Below are positions 25,416-40,300 of a DNA stretch of 64,000 nucleotides, in pieces (the first letter of the stretch is position 1; the number at the start of each line of letters is the position of its first letter). Made by a program: the position numbers and the translations under genes. The notes below the pieces were generated by a model. That model saw nothing but the letters and a program-made list of their open reading frames with translations. It did not search any database and was not told where the DNA came from. Source of the DNA: Paraphysomonas bandaiensis (lineage: Eukaryota > Protista > Chrysophyceae); the NCBI GenBank assembly GCA_965644295.1, contig CBFFRP010000410.1:288307-352306 (forward strand). Direction: 5' to 3'.

Positions 25416-26796
25416 ATGGCCATCCGTTGTGGATACTCTGTTGGGAGAACTACAAGTGAGTCATCTTTATCGGATCAACTCAAACGATTCAAACCCCGTA
25501 AGTTACGAGATGACTCGAAAGGCATGGAGATCACATCATCGAACCCCGCGAAGGAGTCACTCAAATCAAAGTGTATTAATGTTATAGTAGAAAACTTTGC
25601 TGTGAATCCCATAACAGAAATAATTCCGCCGGCTGAAATGGCTGAAATCACAAGTAAGCTGCCGATTGATCTCCCTCCTGTAGTGGGGGCAAAGTATGTT
25701 TTCAACGAGGCTTACTGGAAGCGTTGTTGTGTAGCGAAATTTGGTTGGCATAATTGCCAACTATCTGAACACGGATTGTTATGGAAACAAGTATATTTTG
25801 AGAAACTTCTCCAAGAGAGATTAGAAGATTTTGATGCTCAGACGGAAAACTTGGAAGATTTGTATGAACTAGTTGACTCATGCATGGATTATATTTTCAC
25901 TATAACTTTCCGTCAGCTTCCTTGTCATCTTGATATGTGCGATTTGTGTTCACTTCTTCCTAATCTAACCAAACTGGACATATCATATGGTGTTAATAAA
26001 ATAGGTATGAATTATGAGCGTATGCTCTTTGGCATGAAGATATCGGATGCTACAAGTTTGGCCAAACTTTTCGAGCGCACTCAGACGTTGACGACGCTTG
26101 TAATGTCTGGAAATATGATTGATGATGATCTTCTACGGGTTTTGATGACTGGTTTGATTAAAAACAATACTGTTACTCATTTAGATGTCTCTCACAACAA
26201 AATTACTAATCATGGGGCCAGATTACTTTCGAAACTCTTGGGCGAGAACAGTGTACTATCATCTTTGGACGTATCTGATAACCACATTCACACGGAAGGT
26301 GGAAGATATTTTGCCAGGGGGTTAAGAGAAAATGACGCTCTGTTAAGTTTGAACCTTCGTTTAAATCATCTCGGTGATGACGGCTGCCGCTTACTGTTGG
26401 AAGGAATACAGGAGAATATTACCCTCACAAGTCTAAACCTGTCATCCAATTATGCAGGCGCACAGGTTTTTAAATTAAAACTTTAATACTTATAATTAAT
26501 GGCTTGTTAGGCAACACAGACTATCTGCTCTATTATAAGAGATCCTGATCATAAAATGTCAGCAATTGATATGTCCGGAAATTTGCTGAATGAAGAAATG
26601 CTGGAGTTTATTAGGATTGCAATGTCGACAAATAAGTCATTGGTTACAGTTGATTTAAGAAGAAATCCTGGCTATAATTCAGGTATCGAGGAATACGCAT
26701 CTTATTTGACAATATAATTTTGATATTTCAGACTCCCAGGTCATTCGTGACATAGAAAAAATTGTTCATGATAATGATTATTTTCTGCGCAAGTGA
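25416..26796 (+). CDS. DRC5: Dynein regulatory complex subunit 5 (TCTE1-like LRR protein)
   Basis: YWKRCC..W..HGLLWKQVYFE, LDISYGVNKIGMNYE..LFGM and RI-type LRRs; two further short exons ending ...YFLRK*. Confidence 0.85.
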
Positions 26797-28034
26797 TTAT
26801 TTGGGAAGTGCTATATATTAATCTGCATAACACATGTTCCAATAAGAGTTATACAGCAATGATAGCTGTACTCAGCTGTAGGAATTTCGTTGTAACATTT
26901 GATAATATACGACACACTTAATAATCATTAGTAACACTGTCTAAACTTTGAATGCCAGCGTTCGATTGTTACATACACACAAAATTAACAAGATAAAAAA
27001 ATCTATCACTCATATAATGTACACAAGCTGTGAAAATGTATTAATCCTGGAAAATGATACGACAAGTTACGCATCGAGAAATATTTCGAAGCTAAAGTAG
27101 TTCAGCATAATTCAGTTTGTTGGCAACGGAACATTAAATCTGAATCATAACTGACTGATTGGTATGTTAAAAACACGGCCCTTCACAACTTGTTAGATTA
27201 GATTAGGGCCATCTTAGTATCGCAATATATACCGAGATTACTTATTTTTTACATACAGGTTATCCGAAATGTGATTCTGGAAGGATGGTTAACTAAACAA
27301 CTGAACTTTTACATACATGCACTTAAACACACACAGTAAGAGGAGGGAGATTCTTCGAAACTGTAATGGTGTAAAGTGGCAGTAGAAATCGTTAATATAC
27401 ACTGGTTGTGCCCCTGTTACCCCAATTTACTTCAAAGTAAACCTAGTAGTTTTAGTAGACACTAAAATACAACATTAGTCTCTTCCCTATAGTATTTAGA
27501 ATAATATAATAACGTGTATTTTGAGGTAAAAACAAGTATTTTCATAAAATAGAGAAATAGATATTAATTTTTATCCCCAAAGTAAACGCCAAAGTATACC
27601 CTCAGAAGGTCGATTGTTGATCTCTACTGCCAGTTTATACCACTACAGATTCGAAGAATGCCCCTCCTCCCGCTGTATGTGTCTCCATAATCAATTATTA
27701 ACTACATCTCTCATCTTTTATTATCATTCACTACATTTCAGTTGTCTTCACTACCAATCAATTTCATCTTATCTAGATATATATATAGGAAATTGACATT
27801 GTTAGAAGGTTAATTATGTAATGAAACTTAGAGGATCACTTAAATCTGAAAATTATAAAATTATATATAACATCACACATCATTCATCATTGTCGTTCAC
27901 CAACTCTTTTATCTATTCTTCGCCAACTATTTCTAGTATGATCTTATAATACTATACACACAGCGGGATTAGGGATCCGAGTCAGAAACAGAGGAAGAGG
28001 AAGAAATTGAATATATGCACCTATACGTATACCA

Positions 28035-28084
28035 AACAAAGACAAAAAGACAAAAAGACAAAAGGCAAAAGGCAAAAGGCAAAA
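28035..28084. repeat. 7-8 bp tandem repeat (caaaaaga/caaaagg)
   Basis: caaagacaaaaagacaaaaagacaaaaggcaaaaggcaaaaggcaaaa read directly. Confidence 0.8.
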
Positions 28085-30087
28085 CCTGCATTTAATCCTC
28101 TCAGCTCATTTATCTCCTCTTGTGTCGTTGGTATGATTCTCGCTGATGACATCCGCCGATGTTACTGATATTCACCTAGATATACATCTCTTTCACGACT
28201 TATCATAAATTACACCACACAATGGTTTCACATGTATGTCTACAGTCTGATCTTCTATATCCCAACTTCTTGCAACAATATCTGGATCAACAAGTTCACG
28301 TCCCCAGTGGTATTTGATATCATTATGTTTTGAATGCTTGTGAAACACCACATTCAACGCTGAGTGACGAGTACTTTGGCTATATCCAGGCAAAATGGAG
28401 TGGGTTCGTACAGTCGAGTTGGCTATCCAGCCATCAACTTACATGTAGTATAGGTTGGCTTGGCAGTACGTAGAGATAGAAAATCAATGGCATAATTAAT
28501 ATCGGGTCTGGTATTCATCGATAAATATAAGTTGGTGCCCAATAAACGGCGAAATAGGTAGCTTTTCTCCTTTTTCTTATATAATCTCCCTCTTTCTCCT
28601 GAGACGAAATATCCTTATCTGACTGATTGATTCTGTCTATAGCATCGTCAATATGCGACTTATTTTGATTTTGATTTGTTAGAGCCCAAGATTGTCTTCA
28701 TATTTGCCAATGGTAACGAGACTCTCTGCATAAGTAGTCTAGTACAGTTGAATAAAATTCTTGGTCCTGGTATCTAAAAACGTTGAGAAAATGCCCCAGT
28801 TCTACCATATCGGGCAAGTCGAATCTTTCGCAGAATCTTGTCCGAAAGTTAAAATCGTGAGATATAAACGATGACCGTTATCTACGTCATAATAGAGGCA
28901 AGGTTCTTATTTTTACAAGGTTTAAATCCATTATTGAATTTTAATGGATTGTCTTCAACTATGATGGTTGTGGGCTTCGTAAACCACATAGCGATCTATA
29001 CAACATTAGATACACAACATACATCCTGATGGTAACTGAAAATCCGGCGGGGCCCATGTACACGTACTTTACCCTCAATTTCGGCATAACAAAATGCATT
29101 GGAGACATCTAGCTTCTGGTGAATATACATACATTACATCATGTTGAACATGAATGCTAACCAAATTATCAGCGAAAAGTGAATAATTTCTTACTACCGG
29201 AGCGAATGTATTATCGGTATCGATACCTGTCTCCGTTGACCCCAGCAAAGAGCAACCTCGCGTGTCTTGTGCTTCGTAATATATCCATCCTTATTGTAGA
29301 CGCGTTTAAAAATGTATCTTGATTTAAGTGATCGAACCCCCGTGGGGCGTGGGGTCTCCACTACATCAAATACCTTACTTTTAACCAATGCATTCCGTTT
29401 TAGTCGTCGTGCCGCCTTCCATTCAAAGTTACGGCCTCCGAACATTGAAGTGACTCATCGCATAAGTGTCAGGTTCTCTCTCTACATATGTAGACAGATA
29501 AGTCAACAGAGCATATATAGTCACTTTCGTTACACATGGAAACTGCATTCTCCCAATCAACACAGGAAGTTGATCTCGTTCATAAGGTGAACAAATTTGT
29601 AACCAATCAGAGGGATCAGCACCATTTACATTGGTCTCTCTTGGTTTTGTATGCACACTTCTCTTAGAAGTCGAGGTTTTGGTATTACCTCGACTTTAGG
29701 CGAGGTACGGAAGGGCGGCTCAGTCATTGACCTCCTCACAGCTGGTGTCAAAAAAGATCCCCCTGCCCCATCGTCATAGGTAGATTTTCGTAGTGCCTAC
29801 AATCAAACGTTACCTGACCACGACTCTCGTGGTCTTAAATAGGAATCCATCATATATATCGGATCTCTCTTTATAATGGCAACCTCAAGCTCCTCAAAGT
29901 ACTCTGGATCCGCTGGGGGCTTCTGTTGGAACACAGAACAACGTTTGGTTCTTCTACTCTTTCCCTGTCGCCTCAACTTGGCTTTTCGCAGGTTTTTCCA
30001 CTTCTTCCAGCAGTCCTTCTAGGTGTGACCAGCTTTTTTACATCTTTATCCAATGCACCTCCTATAAGTTTTCAATGCACTGCCTGA

Positions 30088-30333
30088 GCACAAGTAAAGA
30101 TGGTTGCACTATGTTGTTTAAAAACTTAACTCGATCAACGGGCACACAACGTTGTCAGTATCACCAGCGGGTGAAACGTACTGCCAAAATAAGACGCAGC
30201 GGCGAATATTCTTTCTAGGTTTGTAAAACTACAAGGTGCAACAGAACATTTGCGGTACTGGACAACGTTGTGTGCCCGCTGGCCGACGTTTTAGTTTTTA
30301 AACAACATAGTGCAACATACTTTACTTTTGAGC
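30088..30333. mobile_element. MITE-like element with ~75 bp imperfect inverted repeats, nested in the Copia relic
   Basis: aagtaaag..gttgcactatgttgtttaaaaact..cgggcacacaacgttgtc pairs with gacaacgttgtgtgcccg..agtttttaaacaacatagtgcaac..ctttactt. Confidence 0.65.
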
Positions 30334-31301
30334 AATTGCTACAGCTGTTCACGGCTTGTGTGTTCAGTCAGTGCAAAGTTATACTCTTGAGTAGATTCCT
30401 TTGGCATACACTTTGCCTGATGGTATCTAGGACAGATAATAACCATTTCAGTGTAAGTAGTAATAAATTTGTATACAAGTACTCTAAATCCGTTCTCGTT
30501 TTCAAGGCCGTTTATATATTCGTTTTTAAGGCATATCCGTGTTGGTCTCCCCCAACTCCGCCATTTATTGGGATATCGCTTTTCACACCATCTCTCCAGG
30601 TAATAATTGCTTGTGTTAATCCGACCAATTCCAGGTTTTCGCCACTAAACTTCTCAACCAACAGGTTGAACTATCTCAAAGACGGAGCCGATACACGTAT
30701 TTTTTATTTCCAACCGTTTTCCATGGTCCTCCTTGAACTTGTTTTGAACAGAGGTTGATGCTTTATGGCTGGTCTTTCTGGCCGATCCTCGAGCCCTAAG
30801 TTATTTCGATTCTTCCTCAAAAGCCATATCATAAGCTTTTTGGTCCAGTTAATTACTTAACCAAATCGAATTTAGGAAGATGTTTCCAGTCCGAACACCA
30901 TCCGCTACCACAACCGAAATAAATATTTTGAAGGATGGTTAAGTAAACAACTGAACTTTTAAATACATACACGCAACAATCAATTATTAAATTTTGATCA
31001 ATATCTCTCATAATTCATTGTCATTCACTACACTTCTGTTGTCTTCGCTAGCAATCAATTTCATCAGATCCTAGATAGTCATCTAATCTCATAGAGTCAG
31101 TATATTTCAGTATGCCAATATAATTCATATCATTTGTTCATGTACATTGTTTACCACTTCTCTGTTCTGTATGTAAGAGCCAAAACTCAAATGCCTTAAT
31201 ATCCAGCTTTTAATTGCTTATAAACAGCAAAACTCAACACAGGACGCTTCTTCACTGGTACATATATATCGAAATTGCACCAACAAAAATCTTAACTAAA
31301 A

Positions 31302-34300
31302 CTACGAGACTACTAAAACATACTTACCCCACGAAAGTGTTGAAGATTTCTCCAAAAAACCCACAGTAAATCCATTGCTGGATGTACAGCTCGACTTTTC
31401 CAACTCGACGGCAAGGTTCAGTTCACAAGCAGATGTCATCACACTAATTTCGACACCTTGATGCTCGAAAAACATTTTCGAATGAGAGCATGCAAATAAA
31501 ACTAAGAATCCATTCGGAAGGATAGAATTAGTTTCAGAGTCGAACAAAGTCGATCCCAAGAGCCAATGCTTACGCCCTTCCTTGATATGCACACGAGATA
31601 GCTGTATTGAACTAGAAGAGTAATTTAAAAGAAGTGTGATAACAATTTTGCATGGACTATTTAACTCGTGGCACATATTCCACTGCGATAGTAACCACCA
31701 CATGGCATTATCAAGCTGTTCAAATAATGCCGAGTTATTGTCTGTGCCAATGTTTTCAAGCATGTGTTTCGCCTGGGCTAATAATTCTTCATCATTGAGA
31801 TTGCAAGTTGTGTATTTGGTACAATTATTCACCGTTCCAAATTTATACACTCCTAACTCAGGTAGGAGTAAATGAGGTGATGATTTATCACTGCTCGGAT
31901 TTAACAGTTGTTGTCTCAACATATCAACTGGAATCATGAAAGCAGGGTTGCCAACGCGGTGCGAATTCTTTTCGAACAAAGTGTAGAGTTTAATTGTTCG
32001 TTCTATAGTTCTACATTGGATCAAAACAGGTATCTCAGCTCCATATACATGCATTGCACAAGCATTCTCAACGACAGAAATATGAGACAGTTCTGTCCAG
32101 CTGAAGCACTTGGAATGATGATTACGCTGCCGGATGTACACGTATCTTTCAGACAATATGACTTGTTGATCTGAGTTCGCTTTCATTTCGGCAATGAACG
32201 CATCATGTATATTCGCATTGGCAGCTTGCTTCGACACAAAAGCTTGCGCACGTGCAGCATAAATGTTCAATTGAGAAAGCACCATAACTTCGGGATCGGC
32301 TTCGGATCGGTGGAAAGTTCTTGGTGGTCGAACGCAAGATACCCTAAGAGAATCCGCAACTTCATTCGAAATTCCGTGCGCAATCGAAGTAAACCCATCT
32401 GCGACACCCAGAACTGGCTTCACTGCCACTCCAACTACTCCCAAACCAACACCCTTCAGAAAACCTAAAGTGCCTTCACGGTGTGCCTCCTCTATTGGCT
32501 TTGTAAACAACCCCCCTATACCTGATGTGAACCCTGCCAATAACTGTTCACTGCCATCCTTAAGACTGGTGAGTGCACCATATCTCGAGGCTTGAACTCG
32601 TTGTCGTTGCATGGAACGAATGCGCACAAAGTCGGCATCTCCACTTAAATATGATAACCCTGATGAAGCAGAATTTATCAGAGCCGCCGTTGATGTCAGT
32701 GTTCCCGAAACAACTCCGGCCATAAGACTAGATGTTCCCTTTCTGAACCCGATGATAAAATCTTCAGGGCTTTGGACAAGACCTAAATATGGCTCGTAGA
32801 AAAAATCTTGCAATCCACTCCCAATATTTCGAGCCAAACCTACAGGGCTACCTAGAATAGTCAACGAGCCTGCGATTTGAGCTAATTGACTTTGAAGATC
32901 TTGCCACATTTTAGCTTGTACACGTGACAAGAGAGTGTGATTTGATTCCAATACATTGCTTGCAATAAACGAATTTAATTTAACTTCCATAAGTTCCACA
33001 GACGCAATCGATGTGAGAAGATTAAGAAGTGAATTGTATACCGACTCTTCTCTCTCCCTTCGAGGACAACTGCTTTGTAGATACGAAACTGCAATTTTAA
33101 TAGGATGGAGAACAATATTTTGAAAAAAAGCTTTCAGCTTCTTCGTTTCAACTACGGCATGATTGACGTCCACGAAATGTGCCATAGACTGCTCTTTCAA
33201 AATATTCTGATTGTACTGTTCAATCCACAAGTGTGGCATGTTTAAGGCAAGAACATCGTCACGTGACACAAAACGAGTAAGACGTAAAAAGTCCGAGATA
33301 AATAACTGTATCGATCCCGAATCAACTTCAATGGCTAATTCTAGAACTCTTAGGGCAACATATCTGTATATAACAGTTGGTACCAGACCTTGCTCCACTT
33401 CTTTCGTGCATGCAAATTGAAGCACCGGGTTGTCATCACACTTCGTCAACGACGTACGTTTGTCTTTGCGCACCCGCCTTAAAAGAACAGGATATACAGC
33501 AGTTTCAAAATAATTATCGACTTGAATATCTGCAATTTTGAAATCTATCGACGTCTGAAGCCCGTGGCGGGAATATTTTCCAGTCATGTTTTCCACATAA
33601 ACACTCAAAACTTCTCGGCGCACAGGAGAATCGGCAATAAAAGATATACCGGTTGATGAAAATGTAAACGAAATACTTACACTTTGCAAAGAACTTGTGT
33701 CAACATTGGGCACACAGTCATCGGCCGCGCCAACATCAGAAAAATTGATTACTCGACTACTACCAATATAGTCGAACGATAGAACTACTTCATTGGATTT
33801 TCCCGCCAAGATCGAGTTATTCGGAATTCTCAACTTATTGTCAAAGCGCGTTAAATCTACAGTCGAAGTTCGCTTGCATTTCGATATTGTATCGCCAACT
33901 CCAACAATAACAGACTTGGGAAGCTCCGGATCAGCCCAACCATAAGGAAGCCACGTGTTCGAAGGGACGGTGTATTCATATTCTTCAACATTTTTGATAA
34001 CACCAGCTTGTCTGATTGATATCGGAAAACTTGAGTCGTTCTTGATAGATAGCGGTGAGCTCCCCCTAGGATGCGCATCCGATATTACAACGACAACAGC
34101 GCAATTGTCAAATGGCTCAGCCAGTCGAACTTCGACACAGAAAAACAACGGAGATATTGTGCTCTCAGTTGCTGTGGGAATACGAGGTAGAAGAATGTCA
34201 GTATTTCCCATTTCATTTATGTCAAATGACCCAAGGCTCCATTTACTGGACCGAGACTTCAGCTGCACCTCTGTGCCCTTAGTATAATCAGACTTATGCC

Positions 34301-37300
34301 ATCCTTCATAGCCAAAAGGCTCTACGAAGGTCGTATCGATAGCGCCTTTCTGGCGAATCTCAATGAATTCCTTTGTGTTATTAATAATACAATAGCGAGG
34401 CACAACAGTTAGTATTTTAGTTTTGCTGAATGCACCAGGCATAGATCGAACGCTATACGCAAGCTGATAGGACTTCTTCGACTTCTTATCAATCACCTCA
34501 AATGGCCCTTTCGCAGTCCCAAGTATATTCAAATCAATGTCTTGTTTGGTCCACACTGTCCCTCTCTTTACGCCAATGGAAACAGACCCAGAAGGTGAAC
34601 TAAATAAAGTCAACCCAAAACGACCATGGCACCAGGAATCTCCAAAATTTTCTTTCTTTCCACTTCCCCAACATAGATGGGCCAAAAATTCTAATTTAGA
34701 GCTACTTAAGGAGTAAGGTAAACATAAAACAAGATACATTTCGCAGATCTCTTGATAATAATTATAGCCCAAAGACACTAGCTCATTTGCCTTCACTAAT
34801 TTACCAAATACTCTGAAACGAGTCGATGAAGTCCCATTATTACTTGACAAAATCACGATTTGATCCGTTAAAGAAAAGCCGAATTCCGCCAACCACGGGG
34901 GATATTGATTCACATTGCTGTCGTAGAGAATAAATATATACGAATCAATATTCGTTTCAAAACTCAAAAGTGTCTTGCCTGATTCAAAGAGACACTTATC
35001 TCGACTTGCCGTAGAAATCATAGCACAGCCACAAAGAAATGATGGCAAAAAGCTAATGCGAGAAGATTTTTCTTCGTATACAGCACTCCCAACATTGGCG
35101 AACGATGTGACATAACAATACTTACTTCGAGTGCACATGTTCAATATATCAACAACTTCAGAACTTCGTTTTATGCAACTAGACGAACTGGCTTTCTGAT
35201 ACGACGTCATATCTGATTTCCGATTATACGTTTCTCGACGAACAATGTGGTTACTTCGAACTTCCGAGGACACTGATAATTCTAATTTCGTGCGGTCAAG
35301 TAATACGTACTCACTATATATTCGCACCCACGTAGATTGATGTGCCGACACATCCAGTGATATATATAGATGAAGCACGACAGAAGCATCCGACTTAGTG
35401 AAGTAAACCGATCTTCTTCTCGAAGTACAATTCATTTCAATGGCAGCAGGTTGACTCCATCCATAAGGCCACATATTTACTGATATTACAACATTGTTGT
35501 TAGAACTGATATTCCGAAGCTTGTAAACAGCTCCTGCAGAGATATTTACCTCTTCAATACACGTGACTGTTTTCGAAACACTCTGCAAATCTAGGCAATT
35601 GCTGCATCTGATTTGCACATCACAGGGCAGTTCGTTCGACAATGTCAAAAACGGGTAGAGTGTGAGAACAATGGAACTGTCAAGTTGCTTAAACAGAGTT
35701 CGGATTGGCAGCGGATGGTGAGAAGAGTCAGTGCTGCAAAGAATGTCGTGTTGACTGGTGCAGCTTTGTAATTGTAATGAGCAGCACACAGATTCACTCC
35801 ATGTGTACTTTCCGAATGACGGTCTAAATTTTACGGATATAGCATTGGCATAAAATATCGGAGCAGAAAATGTCGATCCTGCTGCTATTGGCCCAAACTT
35901 CATATCATCTCCCCAGGAACTGTTATGCAGCAACACATCTATTTCAAATGGTAGACAGTTTTCGAATTGCAAGAAGGATCTGATAACAACAACTTTAGAC
36001 CCATCAGCTAAAGCACGGCACTCCCAAACTAAAGTCAGTGGATACCCAGGTGAATCAGGTGCTGAGAGCTGTCGCCTTCGAACCCTCGTCCAGCGCCTTC
36101 TACGAACACAATATCCCAGTTTCCAGTGCCGCTGAATGTCACTGGAATCAAAGTATGAAAAGTTCAGTGCATAAAACCAGCCAGAACTATCACTACAATC
36201 GAAACTTTCTGTGTCAACTTTCCAAGGACCGCACCATTCCCAAGAGTCACTTGGCAACTTAACATCATCGCGTTTCAATTCCATAAGGCTAGCATTGCAC
36301 CATGCAGGTGGGTCCCCAAGTATGAATGGCGAAACCCAACATCCATTCAAAGGATTGTAGCGTTCGTTTTCAAAAACTTCTTCAATAATTGGATCGCTTT
36401 GTGCAAGCTGTGAAATCTGAGGAAAACATCGCAGCAAGCGTCGCTGAGGTCGAGTTGATTTTAAAGATAATCTCATCAGGGGTAGCCTTTCTTCGCTCAT
36501 TTTCCCAACAAAGTGCAAATCAACCGCATCTGGAAGTGGAACATCGACTATGTGAGTTTCAGATAGCATATCAACGAGAATTTTCTTTGGCGAATGATGA
36601 ACTGCCGAAACAAAACAATTCCTGTCGCTTTCAATTCTACATATTTCAATTTTAGATACACTATCTTGAAGTCGAATGGGTATACCGAGATGGTTTTTAA
36701 GTGTGACAGCAGGCACTGCATCTCTATGATTCTGATCATCATTTACCAATAATATCGAGTGAACTTGGAGGACAGTTTCCACCAGTGTTGTCGTTACAGA
36801 AATCTGAAGCGTATGGTTGGAAAGTGCATTGAAATGGATGCATGACGGCTCGAAGGTAAGAACCACTTGAGGGTGCCAACGGTCAATTATCGGCTCCCAT
36901 TCAGATACACTGGTATTAAACGACTCAGCCTGTAGAATTAACGATCCCGACCCGCGAAGGTCTTGTAGAACTCCATCAACATGAAGCGTAGTGCCGTCGA
37001 TAAGTAATCTACAGATTGGCAAATTTTTGCCGTTGAAATCATTTACAATTACTAACGATGATTCTCCAACACTAATGTTGATATTGTATGCGGTAAGGTA
37101 CATAACCTCACTTTCTTCATCACTATCGCCGCTTCTGGAAACATTCGCCAATGCGTACACAGTTCGCCTCATCATTATAGACTTTGCCAGCAAAATATCA
37201 TTGAGCGAAACTCGAGCTGCAATTGTGTCTCCATCAAACGAAATTGTCAGCATCGTTACAATGCCGTTTTCCATTGACCTGTTCATGTGAAATTCCGAAG

Positions 37301-40300
37301 TCATAGGATACAAGATTTGGTGGGGAACCCATGTTCTCATATTCATAAGAACGAATACTTCGGTATTAGAGGTCGTAATGTGCAGAGTGTCAACTATTTC
37401 TGTAGTTGTTGATTTAGTAAGTTTTCTGCAATATCGCAAATCTATGTCACACTGGCCTACAATTGCTTTTGTAGATAATTTTGACGGGTCCTCCAATAAA
37501 AGTAATTTCGGATTCGGCACACGGAGTCTGACGTTGAGTACACTTCCCCGCTGATTGGAGTCGTCGCAATTATCGTCCCGCATATCATTTGCACTGAATC
37601 CAGGCGACTGAATAGGACGAACTAAGTCCAGAACAGCGAATGTATTCAGCAGTGTTGTATTGACTAAATCCATTACAGTATCGAGTGAGACGAAACCAGT
37701 AACATTACGAACAACAAGATCAACATTAATTATCTCCCCACGTTGATCAAAATTTACAATAAATTGGTCTTCGTCAACACACTCCCGAAACGACGGAAAA
37801 GAATGTAGAGGCGACGGTGTACCATCGACATAACATTTGCTGTCGCTAGGATTTGACATTGGGCATAATACGGTTTTAAAACAGCTATTTTCGCTAGATT
37901 TTCGAGTATCAACTATTGTAAACGATTTAATTTTAACTTCACCATCGACTCCAACATTGACATCCGCACACAAACCTTCCACGTAAGACGAAAAAAAACT
38001 GTACAAGGTTGCGGTTTCATCTCCGCAATCAGGGAAGTTTTGCCGAAGTAATTCCAGTGATATAGACTCTAAATGAACGACACAGTGCATTCCAGTCAAA
38101 GGCAACACACGAGGCTTTCCCTTATCATTTCTCCCCACGTCAATGTGTCTACTATGCTCTGAGTCGGCTATGGAATAATCATTTAGATGAAATGAACCAC
38201 CAGTTCTACATTCAACAGGGTAGTTTTTGAGTCGCTTTCCCAATATAACTTCATAAAACGGGCGCAAGCACAATACACTACTGGGATCTAGTTTAAAATG
38301 CAATTTCGCAAATTCTACCTCGACTTCGGAAGCAACAGAGCGGAAAAGAGGAGATTTCTGTCCGTTAATACGGATGTAAGATATATGGACGAGAGGCGTG
38401 TTTCCCAAAGATGGTGTACTCGCGAGAAATTGGTGTTCCGCTGGTCGCAATGAATCTTCAATCGACAATTCTCCCATATCGTATGTAGCTTGAAAGTCGT
38501 AACAGCGGAAAATAAAACTAGAATGCAAATTCTTTACCCGTAATAATCCTGTATGCCCACTTTCGGCACTATACTGAAGGGTCAGAGATACCGAAGGTAT
38601 TCGTGCATTCACCACCAGTGAGCGATGTAACGGGTCTAGCTTCTGTAGGCTTGCGTTAGCAAGGTGATCACTGGATGACAAAACAGGTGAATCATTACGT
38701 CTAAACGTCAATGATACCACGTCTATCACATGCATTACACGTGATAGCTTGGCAACATCAAGCTCTCCACATAAACTTGGTGCGAGTGATATACATATAA
38801 CCGTACCCGATTGACCAACACTCTCCAACTGAACATCTATTGAAAAAGGGCGAATGAGATATAAGCTCTGTTCGCTGAAACTATACATCTCACTGGTAAA
38901 AATAGGTAAACCTGCATTTACAGAGCTTAAAAGTGCATTCAATTTCACTTCGCCTGAATCAATGTAACCGGTTATGCTAAGATGTCCAGTATCTAATAAT
39001 AAATACCCATTGTCAGTGCTACTATGTTCAGGTACAATTATTTTCGGGGCATCGGCCTCAAATTTAAAATCCAACTTCGAACCATGTATTTTCTCACCAA
39101 CATTACGAAGTACAGGACTCTCGACATCGTCTCCTGATAAATTGCTTGACTTTGTCACAGAACCATTACGTGTGGAAATGTGTAAGTAGCTTTCATCCTG
39201 TTCGGGAACGTGGAGCATTGCCAATAACTGTCGAATGCACAATGCATTTAAGCACACTTCTAAGGGAAGGACAGTTACAACTATTTTCGAACCACTTTCA
39301 GTGCCATCATACCGTAGCGCAAATGGTGCGCTACATCCTGCCAACAGAGGAGACTCACGTATCACGTTGCCGCGTTGAATGCACACCAAGTTTGAAATAA
39401 CAGGGTTGCGGGTAAATTTATCTACCACAAGAATGTCCGTCATTTCGAGGAGAGCAGAAGTAGAACCCGCACGAACAGATACAGAGACAGAGAGTGCAGT
39501 ATGCATGGCCATAACTGGAGTATATTCTGATGAAATATTCAAACTGGCACTGGTAGCTAAGTCGATGTCAAACGTAAACACTTCGGGGTTGGAAAATGAG
39601 TTAACAGATGAAGACATTATTGCATTCTCCAGATCTAGTTGCAGCTGAGCCAACGACGTACTACCCATATCACTTTCTTCCTTTAACTTACTGTTCGGTA
39701 ATTCACCGCTTCCAACTCCAAACCAGTTCCAGAAATATGACGAACCGGTTGTGGCAGACTCTGATTGGGTAGCATCCACTTGACTCCGTTGATACACCAG
39801 CATGTCCATTGTGACCAACTGCCGGAACACAATCAACGCATCGATTGGTAATAATTGTTCGATGTCATATATTTCTTTTTCTTCTTCTGAAGATAGAGTA
39901 CTCCTCTCTATGTTGATAGTTGCCAGCATTTTTATTTTTAATAACTCCATATACCTAGCGCGGTGATAACAGCAAGCGTGCGCTATATCCGCCTAAAGAA
40001 AAAAAGTTAAAAGCAAATATAGGCAATTCAAACATTCTAACCTTTTTGCGTGTAATATACTCGTTGCCAGTGGCAGCAATGGCAGCATAAACCCACCATG
40101 CCTTCGGATTGGACTTTGGAGTGTCAACAGGCCGGTGGTGCCGCAATGACAAAAGGAATTCTAGGGAGCGTAGGTGTGACAATTCAGCACACAGCTGATG
40201 GTATTGCGTTTTATCCACACGTAACTTAATATCGGTACTCTCAATTTTAACTTTCAACTTTGGATTCGCATCTCTTGATTCGTCGTGCAGTAGTTTCACA

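Larger units (their letters stand above)
27278..31080 (-). mobile_element. Degenerate Ty1/Copia retrotransposon with diverged direct-repeat LTRs
   Basis: RT fragment LKSRYIFKRVYNKDG.ITKHK.R and RNase H fragment FHKHSKH.DIKYHW...DQTVDI..KPL. Direct repeats 27278-27322 and 27692-27780 match 30929-31080. Confidence 0.8.

Noticed and set aside
31636-39648. Many short + strand ORFs
   Set aside because: Antisense shadows of VPS13 with no motifs.
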